Assembly: GCA_017550925.1 (NCBI GenBank)
Contig: JAFZNL010000293.1
Span: forward strand, 1 to 39,477
DNA: 39,477 nt
Direction of reading: 5' to 3'
From: Lachnospiraceae bacterium
GTDB taxonomy: Bacteria > Bacillota > Clostridia > Lachnospirales > Lachnospiraceae
A program made the translations under genes and the position numbers. Every line of letters starts with the position of its first letter. The stretch's first letter is position 1. Of the stretch, positions 1-8,073 are shown piece after piece. The notes under the pieces were generated by a model. The model searched no databases. It was not told the origin of the DNA and saw nothing but the letters and a program-made list of their open reading frames with translations.

Positions 1-302
1 ACCGTCACCATCCGGTCCGGATCGGGCGCCGGCTGCTCGCCAAAGTCATCGCTGAAGGGATCCCCCTGGGGCATTTCCCCGAAAAGTGCAGAAACAGACG
101 GATCCTCTTCCGCTCGGGAAGGCTCACCGTCTCCATAGGGATCAAAACCATATTTTGCAATGGGGTCATTGCTATCCGGCTGTTCCGGCGGCAATTCCCC
201 CACTTTTTCCAAAAACAGGGCATCTGAATCGATCACGTGGACATTTTCCTGCTCCACATTCACGTAAGATGCCTTTAATATCTTGTTTCCACTCCTAGAC
301 AA
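1..302 (-). CDS. fliH: flagellar assembly protein FliH, 5' part only (gene continues past the left edge)
   Basis: Not in the ORF track because there is no stop inside the window. On the minus strand, TTG at 302-300 has GGAGGTG 7 nt upstream and overlaps the fliG stop by 8 nt. The frame from there is uninterrupted to base 1: (M)SRSGNKILKASYVNVEQENVHVIDSDALFLEKVGELPPEQPDSNDPIAKYGFDPYGDGEPSRAEEDP... An acidic, Pro-rich N-terminal region directly after fliG fits FliH. The competing 72-aa ORF 5..223 has no RBS and a Cys/Trp/Arg-rich composition. Confidence 0.5.
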   Translation of the reverse strand, partial: MSRSGNKILKASYVNVEQENVHVIDSDALFLEKVGELPPEQPDSNDPIAKYGFDPYGDGEPSRAEEDPSVSALFGEMPQGDPFSDDFGEQPAPDPDRMVT

Positions 303-1314
303 CAATCTCGTCACCTCCGCCTCTGGAGATTACGATCTCGCCTGCATCCTCTAACTTACGGATGATATTAACGATCTTCTGCTGCGCTTCCTCCACATCC
401 TTCATACGGACAGGACCCATGAAGTCCATATCCTCCTTGATCATGGAAGCCAGACGTTTCGACAGGTTGTTGAAGATCGCATTCTGAACTTGCTCGTTTG
501 CACCCTTCAAGGAAATTGCCAGATCGGAATTTTCCACATCACGCAGCACACGCTGAATCGCGCGGTCGTCGAGAAGCAGGATATCCTCGAAGACGAACAT
601 TTTCTTGCGGATCTCGTCTGCCAGCTCGGGATCCTCGATTTCCAAAGTCTCCATGATATGCTTTTCTGTTCCGCGGTCTACCGTATTCAAAATTTCGACA
701 ACCGCGTCTACGCCGCCGATAATGTTGTATTCCTGATTGACCAGGGAAGCCAGTTTTGTTTCCAAAATTCTCTCCACCTCCTTGATGACATCGGGTGAAG
801 TCCTGTCCATGGTAGCAATACGTTTTGCCACGTCTGCCTGCCTGTCAGGCGGCAGTGCGCCCACGATCTGAGCCGCCTGGGTGGGTGCCAGATAAGACAA
901 GATCAGCGCGATGGTCTGCGGATGCTCGTCCTGGATAAAGTTCAGAAGCTGGGATGCCTCTGCTTTTCGCACAAACTCGAAAGGCTTTACCTGCAAAGAC
1001 GCTGTCAGGCGGCCGATAACCTCCATAGCCTTTTCCGGTCCCAGAGCACTTTCCAAAAGCTCCTTGGCATAACTGATACCACCCTCTGCGATATACTGCT
1101 GTGCCAGACAGATTTCATAAAACTCCTTGATCACCTGATCCTTCACCGCCGTGGTGATGGTCTTAGTGTTTGCGATCTCCAGAGTCAGCTGTTCAATTTC
1201 TTCTTCCTTTAAATGCTTAAAGACCTGAGCTGATTTCTCAGGTCCAAGCGCGATCAACAAGATCGCCGCTTTCTGCACGCCGGTTATTTCCGGTTCGGCA
1301 ACTCCTCTCGCCAA
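295..1314 (-). CDS. fliG: flagellar motor switch protein FliG
   Basis: 339-aa ORF with a TTG start and AGGAGGG 7 nt upstream. Canonical FliG sequence runs throughout, e.g. GVQKAAILLIALGPEKSAQVFKHLKEEEIEQLTLEIA and the C-terminal MFVFEDILLLDDRAIQRVLRDV...LSKRLASMIKEDMDFMGPVRMKDVEEAQQKIVNIIRKLEDAGEIVI. It sits after fliF as in fla/che operons. Confidence 0.95.
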   Translation of the reverse strand: MARGVAEPEITGVQKAAILLIALGPEKSAQVFKHLKEEEIEQLTLEIANTKTITTAVKDQVIKEFYEICLAQQYIAEGGISYAKELLESALGPEKAMEVIGRLTASLQVKPFEFVRKAEASQLLNFIQDEHPQTIALILSYLAPTQAAQIVGALPPDRQADVAKRIATMDRTSPDVIKEVERILETKLASLVNQEYNIIGGVDAVVEILNTVDRGTEKHIMETLEIEDPELADEIRKKMFVFEDILLLDDRAIQRVLRDVENSDLAISLKGANEQVQNAIFNNLSKRLASMIKEDMDFMGPVRMKDVEEAQQKIVNIIRKLEDAGEIVISRGGGDEIVV

Positions 1315-1371
1315 ATTGATTCCCTCCTACATGACATCTATCAAAAGAGGCTTCCCCCTCTTAGATCACTT

Positions 1372-2976
1372 CTACCATTCTTCCTCAAGCCAGTTCCTCA
1401 AAAGGTTCGCTACCGCCTCCGGATTCTCATCCACAAACTTCTCTATCAGCTTGCGTTCCTCTGATTTGCCCTCAAGCTCCAGATCTTCAAGCTCTTCCTG
1501 AGGCGTTGACTGCAAAAGCGTTTCCACGGAAAGTTCCTCTTCCGGCTCTTCCTCCTTCTGTGTCCGCATCGAACGGATCACAACGAAGGCCAGGATACCA
1601 AGGATCAGTACGATCAGCAGGATCTGTACGATATCTGCCACTTTGATCTTGCTGCCTTCCTTGTCAATGAAAACAGGCACTTCATAAGCAACGATGGTGA
1701 TGTTCTCCTGGGCGATTCCCGTTGCAGTATGTACCACGCTGTACAGATCTTCGTCCACCGTCAGCTTTGTCTGCTCGCTGTTCGCCGCCTTATACTCATC
1801 CCAGCTCATGTCCACCAGAAGCCCCTGTGCTTCCACATCCTCCTGACGAATGGGATGCAGCTTCTTGGCTGTCACCGAAATGGATGACGAATCATACTTG
1901 ATAAGTCCCGCCGGAACCGTCTGCTTTTCCACGAACTCGTTGGGCAGATACTTCCTTGATTCCTCAGACACCGTCTGACTGGAATCGTTAGCATTTTCGA
2001 TCACATAAGTCGAACCGTTTTCTCCGTTGGAATCTGTTCCCGGCACGCCACCGGTGGAACCCTGGGATTCCGAATTGTAAATATCCTCGCTCGCCAAAAG
2101 TCCCTGGGTGGAACCTTCCGGCGAAGAATAATCATGCCTTGTTCTTTCATAGGACGAAAAATCAAGCTCTAAGTTTGTTGCAACTTCAATGGAATCATAA
2201 AGATTTGTTCCCAGCAAAACTCCCCGGACTTCATTTTTCACCAGCTGCTCCGCCTGAGTCTTGGCTGCCAGCTGCGTACTTGTGCCGCCCACGCCGCCGT
2301 TACCACTCATGATCTCGCCTGAGAACAAAAGATTTCCCACCGTATCGATGATGGTGATATTGTCCGTCGTATCATTTCCCAGCGCCGTTGCAATAAAATG
2401 TGCCAACGCCGCCGCCTGGTCAGACTTCATCTCGCCCTCAAGGTCCAGAACCACCGATGCGGAGGAAGATGCCTTTTGGGAGATCAATGTTCCGTCATCA
2501 TCCGGAACCGTCAGGGTCACATGCGCTTCCTTGATCAGCTCGTTTGCCAAAAGATCCTGCTCCAGCTTATTTTCTTTATAATACACATACCGTTTTTGCT
2601 TGTCAGACTCTGTCGTAGAAAAACCGCCGTCCGTCACATCGGTGATGGAATACCCTACTGTCGGGATGTCATTTGCACCAAGCAACAGATTCACCTTGGA
2701 CTCGTCTTTTTTCAAAACCGAGACTGTCAGCGCATCCTCTGAAGTTTTGTATTCAATGGATTCACCATCCAGCAAAGCAGTGATCGCGGATGATTCCTTC
2801 GCGCTCTCGCACCTGGCGATGACCACATATTCCGGTCTGGTCAGGGCATACGTCAAAATAGCGATCGCCAAAACGGCCGCCGCTGCACTTGATACGATAA
2901 TGGTTTTTTGCTTGGGGGTGAACTTATTCCACCACTCCACAATCCGCTGCCATAAGGCACGTAAACGATCCTGCAT
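1372..2976 (-). CDS. fliF: flagellar M-ring (MS-ring) protein FliF
   Basis: 534-aa ORF with an AAGGAG RBS. It has an N-terminal TM (IIVSSAAAAVLAIAILTYAL), a large extracytoplasmic ring-building region and a second TM (IVQILLIVLILGILAFVVI). The acidic C-terminal tail (VANLLRNWLEEEW) is typical of the FliG-binding end. Synteny is fliE-fliF-fliG. Confidence 0.93.
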   Translation of the reverse strand: MQDRLRALWQRIVEWWNKFTPKQKTIIVSSAAAAVLAIAILTYALTRPEYVVIARCESAKESSAITALLDGESIEYKTSEDALTVSVLKKDESKVNLLLGANDIPTVGYSITDVTDGGFSTTESDKQKRYVYYKENKLEQDLLANELIKEAHVTLTVPDDDGTLISQKASSSASVVLDLEGEMKSDQAAALAHFIATALGNDTTDNITIIDTVGNLLFSGEIMSGNGGVGGTSTQLAAKTQAEQLVKNEVRGVLLGTNLYDSIEVATNLELDFSSYERTRHDYSSPEGSTQGLLASEDIYNSESQGSTGGVPGTDSNGENGSTYVIENANDSSQTVSEESRKYLPNEFVEKQTVPAGLIKYDSSSISVTAKKLHPIRQEDVEAQGLLVDMSWDEYKAANSEQTKLTVDEDLYSVVHTATGIAQENITIVAYEVPVFIDKEGSKIKVADIVQILLIVLILGILAFVVIRSMRTQKEEEPEEELSVETLLQSTPQEELEDLELEGKSEERKLIEKFVDENPEAVANLLRNWLEEEW

Positions 2977-3000
2977 GTGTGCTCCTTATATAGTGGTTTA

Positions 3001-3177
3001 GATATAAGCCGATTGCTCCGTGCTTCGCACTCTCGCAATCGCCACAGCCATTCGCAAATCGCCCCGCTCATTCCATTCGCGTGACTTCTTTGCTTCATGT
3101 CTGTTGGGTTGCCATATGTCCATGCATCCGCTCGTGCAAGCACGGCGTATGCATGCCCGCATGGCAACGCTTATATC
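3001..3177 (-). repeat. copy A of a ~180-nt structured intergenic element (fliE-fliF spacer)
   Basis: It shares an 89-92-nt alignable block with copy B, including a 42-nt identical core (3056-3097). Visible helices: a closing stem 3001-3009/3169-3177 (GATATAAGC/GCTTATATC), a hairpin 3010-3041, a stem 3042-3047/3101-3107 bracketing the core, and an imperfect 61-nt hairpin 3108-3168. The strand is assigned to the operon sense strand only by context. Confidence 0.7.
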
Positions 3178-3500
3178 TGCATATTCATCAGTGTTCTGTA
3201 CGATTCGAGAAATTTATCCCTGACCGCTACCGTGTATTGCAGCGCGGTAGACGCCTTCTGGAGAGCAATGGTCAGGTCATGGGTGGATTCGGTCTCGCCA
3301 AGGGCAAGCCGTATCTCCTCATTCTCTGCATCAGAAACGTAAGCATTGGTCTGGTTGATACTTTTGAGCGCAGCATCAAAAACAGACGCAAACGCATCCG
3401 TATTCTTATCATCGCTTGCGATCTGCCCACGCATCTGATCTGTGCGCATCTGATTATAGATCACGCCACTATTTACATGATACAGATTATCAATTGCCAT
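3171..3500 (-). CDS. fliE: flagellar hook-basal body complex protein FliE
   Basis: 109-aa ORF with an AAGGGGAG RBS. The C-terminal signature THDLTIALQKASTALQYTVAVRDKFLESYRTLMNMQI is typical of FliE. It lies between flgC and fliF. Confidence 0.9.
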   Translation of the reverse strand: MAIDNLYHVNSGVIYNQMRTDQMRGQIASDDKNTDAFASVFDAALKSINQTNAYVSDAENEEIRLALGETESTHDLTIALQKASTALQYTVAVRDKFLESYRTLMNMQI

Positions 3501-3550
3501 TGCTATCTCCCCTTACCGCGGCCATCAAGCCGTGCTCTCGCCTACGTTAT

Positions 3551-3730
3551 ATTGATACCCCGATTGCTCCGCAGCTACGCTGCTCTCGCAATCGCCGCCG
3601 GCCTTCGAAAATCGCCCCGCTCATTCCATTCGCGTGACTTCTTTGCTTCAGTCCGGCGTAACCGGCAAATGTCCGGCTTGCTATCCATGCAAGCATGGCT
3701 ATCTAGCCAGACGCTTGCCGGTGTATCAAT
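3551..3730 (-). repeat. copy B of the ~180-nt structured intergenic element (flgC-fliE spacer)
   Basis: The 42-nt core 3609-3650 is identical to copy A. Visible helices: a closing stem 3551-3558/3723-3730 (ATTGATAC/GTATCAAT), a hairpin 3561-3594, a stem 3596-3601/3653-3658 bracketing the core, and a 60-nt hairpin 3662-3721. Confidence 0.7.
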
Positions 3731-3737
3731 CGCTGTA

Positions 3738-4184
3738 TCAACCACCAGCCATCTCTAACCCTTTGCTTGCCATATTCTTGCTGGCCTGGAAAGCCGTTGC
3801 ATTCGCTTCATAAGAACGGCTCGCCGAGATCAGGTTCGTCATCTCCGTCATGACGTCTACATTCGGATAGGTCACATAACCGTTCTCGTCCGCATCCGGA
3901 TGCGCCGGATCATAAGCTTTTTTCATATCCGTTTCCTGATCTTCAAAGGTACCGATCACGCGCACGCCTTTCCCACGATAAGAACCGGTCGCTTTGGAAA
4001 AAGCATCTGCAAAATGCGCGCCCGTTCCCTTTTCTTCAAAAGTCACGATCTTACGCCGATAGGGCGTTCCGTCCGCCGTCCTTGTGGTATCCACGTTGGC
4101 GATATTCTCTGAAACCACATCCATACGGTAACGCTGTGCTGTCAGACCGGAGGCATTGATATCAAATGAACTGAATAAACCCAT
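3738..4184 (-). CDS. flgC: flagellar basal-body rod protein FlgC
   Basis: 148-aa ORF with an AAAGGAG RBS. It carries the N-terminal rod motif SGLTAQRYRMDVVSENIANVDTTRT and the C-terminal MTEMTNLISASRSYEANATAFQASKNMASKGLEM. Confidence 0.95.
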   Translation of the reverse strand: MGLFSSFDINASGLTAQRYRMDVVSENIANVDTTRTADGTPYRRKIVTFEEKGTGAHFADAFSKATGSYRGKGVRVIGTFEDQETDMKKAYDPAHPDADENGYVTYPNVDVMTEMTNLISASRSYEANATAFQASKNMASKGLEMAGG

Positions 4185-4203
4185 AAGTATTCTCCTTTAA
4201 GCC

Positions 4204-4593
4204 TTATTTCATTACCATCTGCAATCTCGAAAATTCCTGATTCACACTTTGGATCAGCGCGTTGTACTTCAGCTGGTTGCTGGCAAGTTCCGTATTCTCC
4301 GTATCGATATCTACATTGTTACCATCCATACGATAAGAGAAATCTCCGTGATCCACATATGTTCCGACTTCCAGCCTCGAAGTCATCAGCCGATTCACCT
4401 TCTGGTCCACCGTCACATACCGTGCATCCCGCATCTCCCGCTCTAAAACATCCTCGAAATTCACATCGATCCGCTTATATCCCGGTGTATCCACATTGGC
4501 AATGTTATTGGCAATCGCTTCATTGCGGAGCCAGGAAGCATCCGCTGCCTTATCGAGTACCTTTACATAATCATATACATTCGAATTTAACAT
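4204..4593 (-). CDS. flgB: flagellar basal-body rod protein FlgB
   Basis: The sequence includes ANNIANVDTPGYKR and the C-terminal ELASNQLKYNALIQSVNQEFSRLQMVM. The track ORF starts at GTG 4611. I prefer ATG 4593 (MLNSNVYDY...) because GAGGA lies 7 nt upstream of it. Confidence 0.9.
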   Translation of the reverse strand: MLNSNVYDYVKVLDKAADASWLRNEAIANNIANVDTPGYKRIDVNFEDVLEREMRDARYVTVDQKVNRLMTSRLEVGTYVDHGDFSYRMDGNNVDIDTENTELASNQLKYNALIQSVNQEFSRLQMVMK

Positions 4594-4659
4594 ATCTCTA
4601 TCCTCGCTCACTTACGCATTTTCCGGAGCGCTCAAGGTTACATAACACCTCACCACTCT

Positions 4660-4687
4660 ATTATAATGCAAAATAACAAAAACACAA
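4660..4687 (-). promoter_or_regulatory. candidate sigma-A type promoter of the flagellar operon
   Basis: On the minus strand, TTGTGT (4687-4682), a 16-nt spacer, then TATAAT (4665-4660). This lies about 65 nt upstream of the flgB start. Pattern match only. Confidence 0.3.
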
Positions 4688-4723
4688 GGTTTTTTTACAA
4701 AAAACACAATATATAGTGGAACA

Positions 4724-4760
4724 ACAAAAAAAGGATTCGCAATTTCTCACAAATCCTTTT
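4724..4760 (-). terminator. weak hairpin plus U-run (candidate codY terminator or attenuator)
   Basis: An AAAAGGATT/AATCCTTTT 9-bp stem (4729-4737 with 4752-4760) has a 14-nt loop and is followed on the minus strand by a T-run. The stem is AT-rich, so the hairpin is weak. Confidence 0.35.
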
Positions 4761-4831
4761 GTTCATCGGGATATCCTTTTCCCACTATGTATTTATGCCG
4801 ATTGCCTTTTCGTGATACCTTTACATCTAAT

Positions 4832-4859
4832 CTATCGGCATAAAATCCCGGTTTCATTA
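4832..4859 (-). promoter_or_regulatory. candidate sigma-D/FliA type promoter upstream of flgB
   Basis: On the minus strand, TAAT (4859-4856), a 16-nt spacer, then GCCGATAG (4839-4832). The Bacillus sigma-D consensus is TAAA-N15-GCCGATAT. The match is 7/8 in the -10, 3/4 in the -35, and the spacer is one nt long. Confidence 0.3.
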
Positions 4860-4920
4860 TACCCGTCTGTCGCTTTCTGCAATCTATTGCCAACCACCGG
4901 ACGCTTTGCCCGCGATCGCA

Positions 4921-5706
4921 TCACTTCTTCTGCTTGCGGCTCTCCTCTAATTCCTCATACACATACTCATTGGAAATCTTGATAAAAGTACCTTTCATGC
5001 CTGAAGAACGCGACTCGATCACGCCGGCGCTCTCAAACTTCCGCAACGCGTTAACGATCACCGACCTTGTGATCCCGATGGAATCCGCGATCTTCGATGC
5101 CACAAGGATGCCCTCGCTGGCGCCGCCCAGCTGCTTAAAGATATTGTAGATCGCCTCAAGCTCCGATTGCGATAAAGTGCCGATAGCCGACCGGACTACT
5201 GCTCTGCCCCGCATTTCATCCGCGCTCTCCTCGTGAACGCTTCTCAGCATTTCAAGACCAACTACCGTTGTGCCGTACTCACACAGGATAATGTCATCGA
5301 TCTCATATTCATCCCGCAACTTGTATATAAAAAGCGTGCCTAATCTCTCTCCGGCGATCTCGATCGGAGAGATCAATGCCTTGTATGGCATATCACTTTG
5401 CACCTCGAAACCAAGGGTCGCCAAATTCACATTTTCCTTCGTGGAAAGAACACTCAGAAAACGGTCTGTCAGATTGGTATCAACAAAAGTCCCCACCTTG
5501 TTTTCGATCAGATTATTCAGCAATGGAATGGACGGCCTTGCCCCGATTCCTAAAACCTTACCCTTTTTACTGATCACAAGAACATTAGAACGCAGGATAT
5601 CTCCGAGCACATCACAGATATCATTAAAAACTACCTTGGAAGAATTGTTATTATGCAAAAGCCTGCCGATCTTTCGCGTTTTATCCAAAAGCTGAATACT
5701 GCTCAT
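4921..5706 (-). CDS. codY: GTP/BCAA-sensing pleiotropic transcriptional repressor CodY
   Basis: MSSIQLLDKTRKIGRLLHNN...GERLGTLFIYK... (GAF-like domain), then a C-terminal winged HTH ASKIADSIGITRSVIVNALRKFESAGVIESRSSGMKGTFIKI. The track ORF extends to 5853. ATG 5706 has AGGGGG 6 nt upstream and gives the usual ~261 aa. Confidence 0.93.
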   Translation of the reverse strand: MSSIQLLDKTRKIGRLLHNNNSSKVVFNDICDVLGDILRSNVLVISKKGKVLGIGARPSIPLLNNLIENKVGTFVDTNLTDRFLSVLSTKENVNLATLGFEVQSDMPYKALISPIEIAGERLGTLFIYKLRDEYEIDDIILCEYGTTVVGLEMLRSVHEESADEMRGRAVVRSAIGTLSQSELEAIYNIFKQLGGASEGILVASKIADSIGITRSVIVNALRKFESAGVIESRSSGMKGTFIKISNEYVYEELEESRKQKK

Positions 5707-5824
5707 TGACCATACCCCCTGCCATCCGGCGCTGTGATTGCTGAATTGCGAAACATCCCCGGCCTCCGCAAAACATACCTTCTCTTTTCGTACATTAAAA
5801 AATTCCCCAAATAGCGTACATGTA

Positions 5825-5833
5825 ATTATAACA
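5825..5833 (-). promoter_or_regulatory. candidate extended -10 promoter element for codY
   Basis: TGTTATAAT on the minus strand, about 120 nt upstream of the codY ATG. No good -35 at 17 nt. Confidence 0.25.
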
Positions 5834-5874
5834 CTATTCCGAGGAATTTTCAATCAACTTATTTATTTTGTCGG

Positions 5875-5889
5875 AATTTTCTGATAATT
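5875..5889. promoter_or_regulatory. CodY-box-like palindrome
   Basis: AATTTTCTGATAATT matches 14/15 positions of the CodY box consensus AATTTTCWGAAAATT. It lies between the topA stop and the codY promoter region. A second 11/15 match is at about 5847-5861. Confidence 0.45.
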
Positions 5890-5916
5890 TATACCAATTC
5901 CTTCAGCTTATGTCCT

Positions 5917-8073
5917 TCATGCATTCTCCGTAGCCTTCTTGGGCATCTGCCATACCATATAATCGCATTCCGGATTGTTGATACAGCCATAATACCTGCG
6001 TCCCTTCCTGGTCCGCTTGGCAACAATATCCGCGCCGCACTTCGGGCAGGCAATGCCGATCTTCTCATAATAAGGTTTTGTATTGCGGCACTCAGGGAAA
6101 CCGGGACATGCCAGGAATTTCCCGCTGGGACCATACTTGATCACCATCATCCTGCCACAGTTCTCACACTGCACGTCTGAAACCTCATCCTCAATCTTCA
6201 CGGAAGCGAGCTCCTTCTCAGCCTTCTCCACCGCATCATGCAGATCCGGATAAAAATTCCTGATCACGGTCTTGTATTCCACATCCCCTGTCTCCACTGC
6301 ATCAAGCAGTGATTCCATGGTCGCTGTAAAATTCACATCCACGATAGATGGAAAAGCATCCTTCATCAGCTTGTTGACAGCCTCACCAAGCTCCGTCACA
6401 TACAGACTCCGCTTCTCTTTTGTAATATAATGCCTGCCCATGATGGTCGAGATCGTCGGCGCATAAGTACTCGGCCTGCCGATTCCCTTTTCTTCCATGG
6501 CCCGCACCAGACTTGCCTCTGTAAAATGCGCGGGAGGCTGCGTAAAATGCTGCTCCTGGTCGAAACCGACCGCCGAAAAAGCATCCCCTTTCTTCAGCTT
6601 TTGCAGACACTTGCCGATATCTGTCTTCTTTGCCTTCCTGCGCAGTTCATCCAGTGCCGCATTCCCGGATGAAGAGCCGCCTTTTCCGTCGCCTGCACCG
6701 GCGGTCTTCTTCGCTGCGCCTGTGCCCTTGCCCTCTTCTACCGGAAGCGCATCATCATGATCTTCCTGCTCTTCTGCCTCTGTATAAATATGCATGAATC
6801 CGGCAAACTTCAACGCAGAATCCGCTGCTGTAAATACATAACCATCCTTCTTTGTGGTAAACTTCGCAGAGATCGTTGCATAAACCGCTGCCGTCATCTG
6901 AGATGCCGTAAACCGCTTCCAGATCAGCTGATACAGACGCAGCAGATCCCGCGGAAGAACATTCTTCAGATCCGTCGGAGTGCGTTCAATATCTGTAGGT
7001 CTGATCGCCTCATGGGCATCCTGCACCTTCTTTGCGCCGTCGCCGCTTCCCGCTGCGCCGCCGGAAGATACCGCATTTCCTACATACTGTGCCCCATAAT
7101 TATTTGTGATAAAATTCCTGGCAGCCGCCTGCGCCTCTGCCGAGATACGGGTCGAATCCGTACGAAGATAGGTGATCAGCGCTACCGTGCCGCTTCCCTT
7201 GATCTCCACGCCTTCATAGAGCTGCTGTGCCAGCCGCATTGTCTTTTGTGCGGAAAAATTGAGCGCCTTACTTGCTTCCTGCTGCAAAGTAGAAGTCGTA
7301 AACGGTAGCGGAGCCTTGCGAACACGCTCACCGGTCTTTAATTCTGTTACCTCAAAAAGATCGTCTTTGCAAGCCTTCACGATCGCAGTGGTCTGATCGC
7401 CGCTCTTCAGATCTGCCTTGCCGTCTTTATCTGCACTGAAACGCACCGGCAATACCTGTCCTGCAGCACCTGCTTTCAGAAAGGCATCCAGGGTCCAGTA
7501 TTCTTCCGGCGTAAATGCCGCAATCTCATCCTCCCTGTCACAGATCATGCGAAGTGCCACAGACTGCACTCGTCCCGCAGAAAGGCCCCGTTTGATCTTG
7601 CCCCAGAGAACCGGCGAGATCTGATATCCCACCAGTCTGTCAAGGCCGCGGCGTGCCTGCTGCGCATCCACCAATGACATATCGATCTGACGCGCATTCT
7701 TCAGTGATTCCTTGACTGCATTTTTTGTAATCTCATTAAAAGTGATCCTGTAGACAGGCTTATTCTGTTCCTCTAACTTCAGCGCTATACCCAAATGCCA
7801 GGAGATTGCTTCACCCTCACGGTCCGGGTCGGTTGCCAGATAGATCTTGTCTGCTTTCTTTACTTCTTTTCGAAGAGATGCCAGCAGATCCCCCTTCCCA
7901 CGGATGGTAATATATTGAAAATCAAAGTCATGGTCTACATCGATCCCCATACGGCTTTTGGGCAGATCCCTTACATGTCCGCCGGATGCCATGACCGTAT
8001 AATTCGTACCCAAAAATTTTTTGATCGTCTTCACCTTTGCCGGCGATTCCACAATTACCAGATACTTTGCCAT
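5917..8073 (-). CDS. topA: DNA topoisomerase I
   Basis: 718 aa with an AAGGAG RBS. It has the TOPRIM N-terminus MAKYLVIVESPAKVKTIKKFLG, the active-site Tyr context ITYLRTDSTRIS, and C-terminal Cys4 zinc ribbons (CENCGRMMV...CPGFPEC and CPKCGADIV...CINNPEC). Confidence 0.97.
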   Translation of the reverse strand: MAKYLVIVESPAKVKTIKKFLGTNYTVMASGGHVRDLPKSRMGIDVDHDFDFQYITIRGKGDLLASLRKEVKKADKIYLATDPDREGEAISWHLGIALKLEEQNKPVYRITFNEITKNAVKESLKNARQIDMSLVDAQQARRGLDRLVGYQISPVLWGKIKRGLSAGRVQSVALRMICDREDEIAAFTPEEYWTLDAFLKAGAAGQVLPVRFSADKDGKADLKSGDQTTAIVKACKDDLFEVTELKTGERVRKAPLPFTTSTLQQEASKALNFSAQKTMRLAQQLYEGVEIKGSGTVALITYLRTDSTRISAEAQAAARNFITNNYGAQYVGNAVSSGGAAGSGDGAKKVQDAHEAIRPTDIERTPTDLKNVLPRDLLRLYQLIWKRFTASQMTAAVYATISAKFTTKKDGYVFTAADSALKFAGFMHIYTEAEEQEDHDDALPVEEGKGTGAAKKTAGAGDGKGGSSSGNAALDELRRKAKKTDIGKCLQKLKKGDAFSAVGFDQEQHFTQPPAHFTEASLVRAMEEKGIGRPSTYAPTISTIMGRHYITKEKRSLYVTELGEAVNKLMKDAFPSIVDVNFTATMESLLDAVETGDVEYKTVIRNFYPDLHDAVEKAEKELASVKIEDEVSDVQCENCGRMMVIKYGPSGKFLACPGFPECRNTKPYYEKIGIACPKCGADIVAKRTRKGRRYYGCINNPECDYMVWQMPKKATENA

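Noticed and set aside
5-223. 72-aa minus-strand ORF at the left edge
   Set aside because: It has no RBS and an implausible composition. A different frame, open to the window edge and starting at TTG 302 with a GGAGG RBS, fits fliH better.
1345-1362. 6-bp hairpin AAGAGG/CCTCTT between fliF and fliG
   Set aside because: It is very short and overlaps purine-rich, RBS-like sequence. It is not distinguishable from chance.
3081-3758. 225-aa plus-strand ORF (and 3020..3223, 3097..3342) containing the twice-repeated peptide RKSPRSFHSRDFFAS
   Set aside because: It runs antisense through fliE and across both intergenic repeat copies. The repeated peptide is simply the translation of the 42-nt repeated core. 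There is no RBS, and the composition is Arg/Cys/His-rich as expected for out-of-frame DNA.
4797-4885. CCGATTGCC ... TGCAATCT in the codY-flgB spacer, as a possible third, degenerate copy of the flagellar intergenic element
   Set aside because: Only the 8-nt CCGATTGC seed matches. The 42-nt core and the other helices are absent.
5707-5853. N-terminal 49-aa extension of the codY ORF
   Set aside because: The extension (MKIPRNSVIITCTLFGEFFNV...) has no similarity to CodY and no RBS. ATG 5706 is preceded by AGGGGG and gives the normal CodY length.
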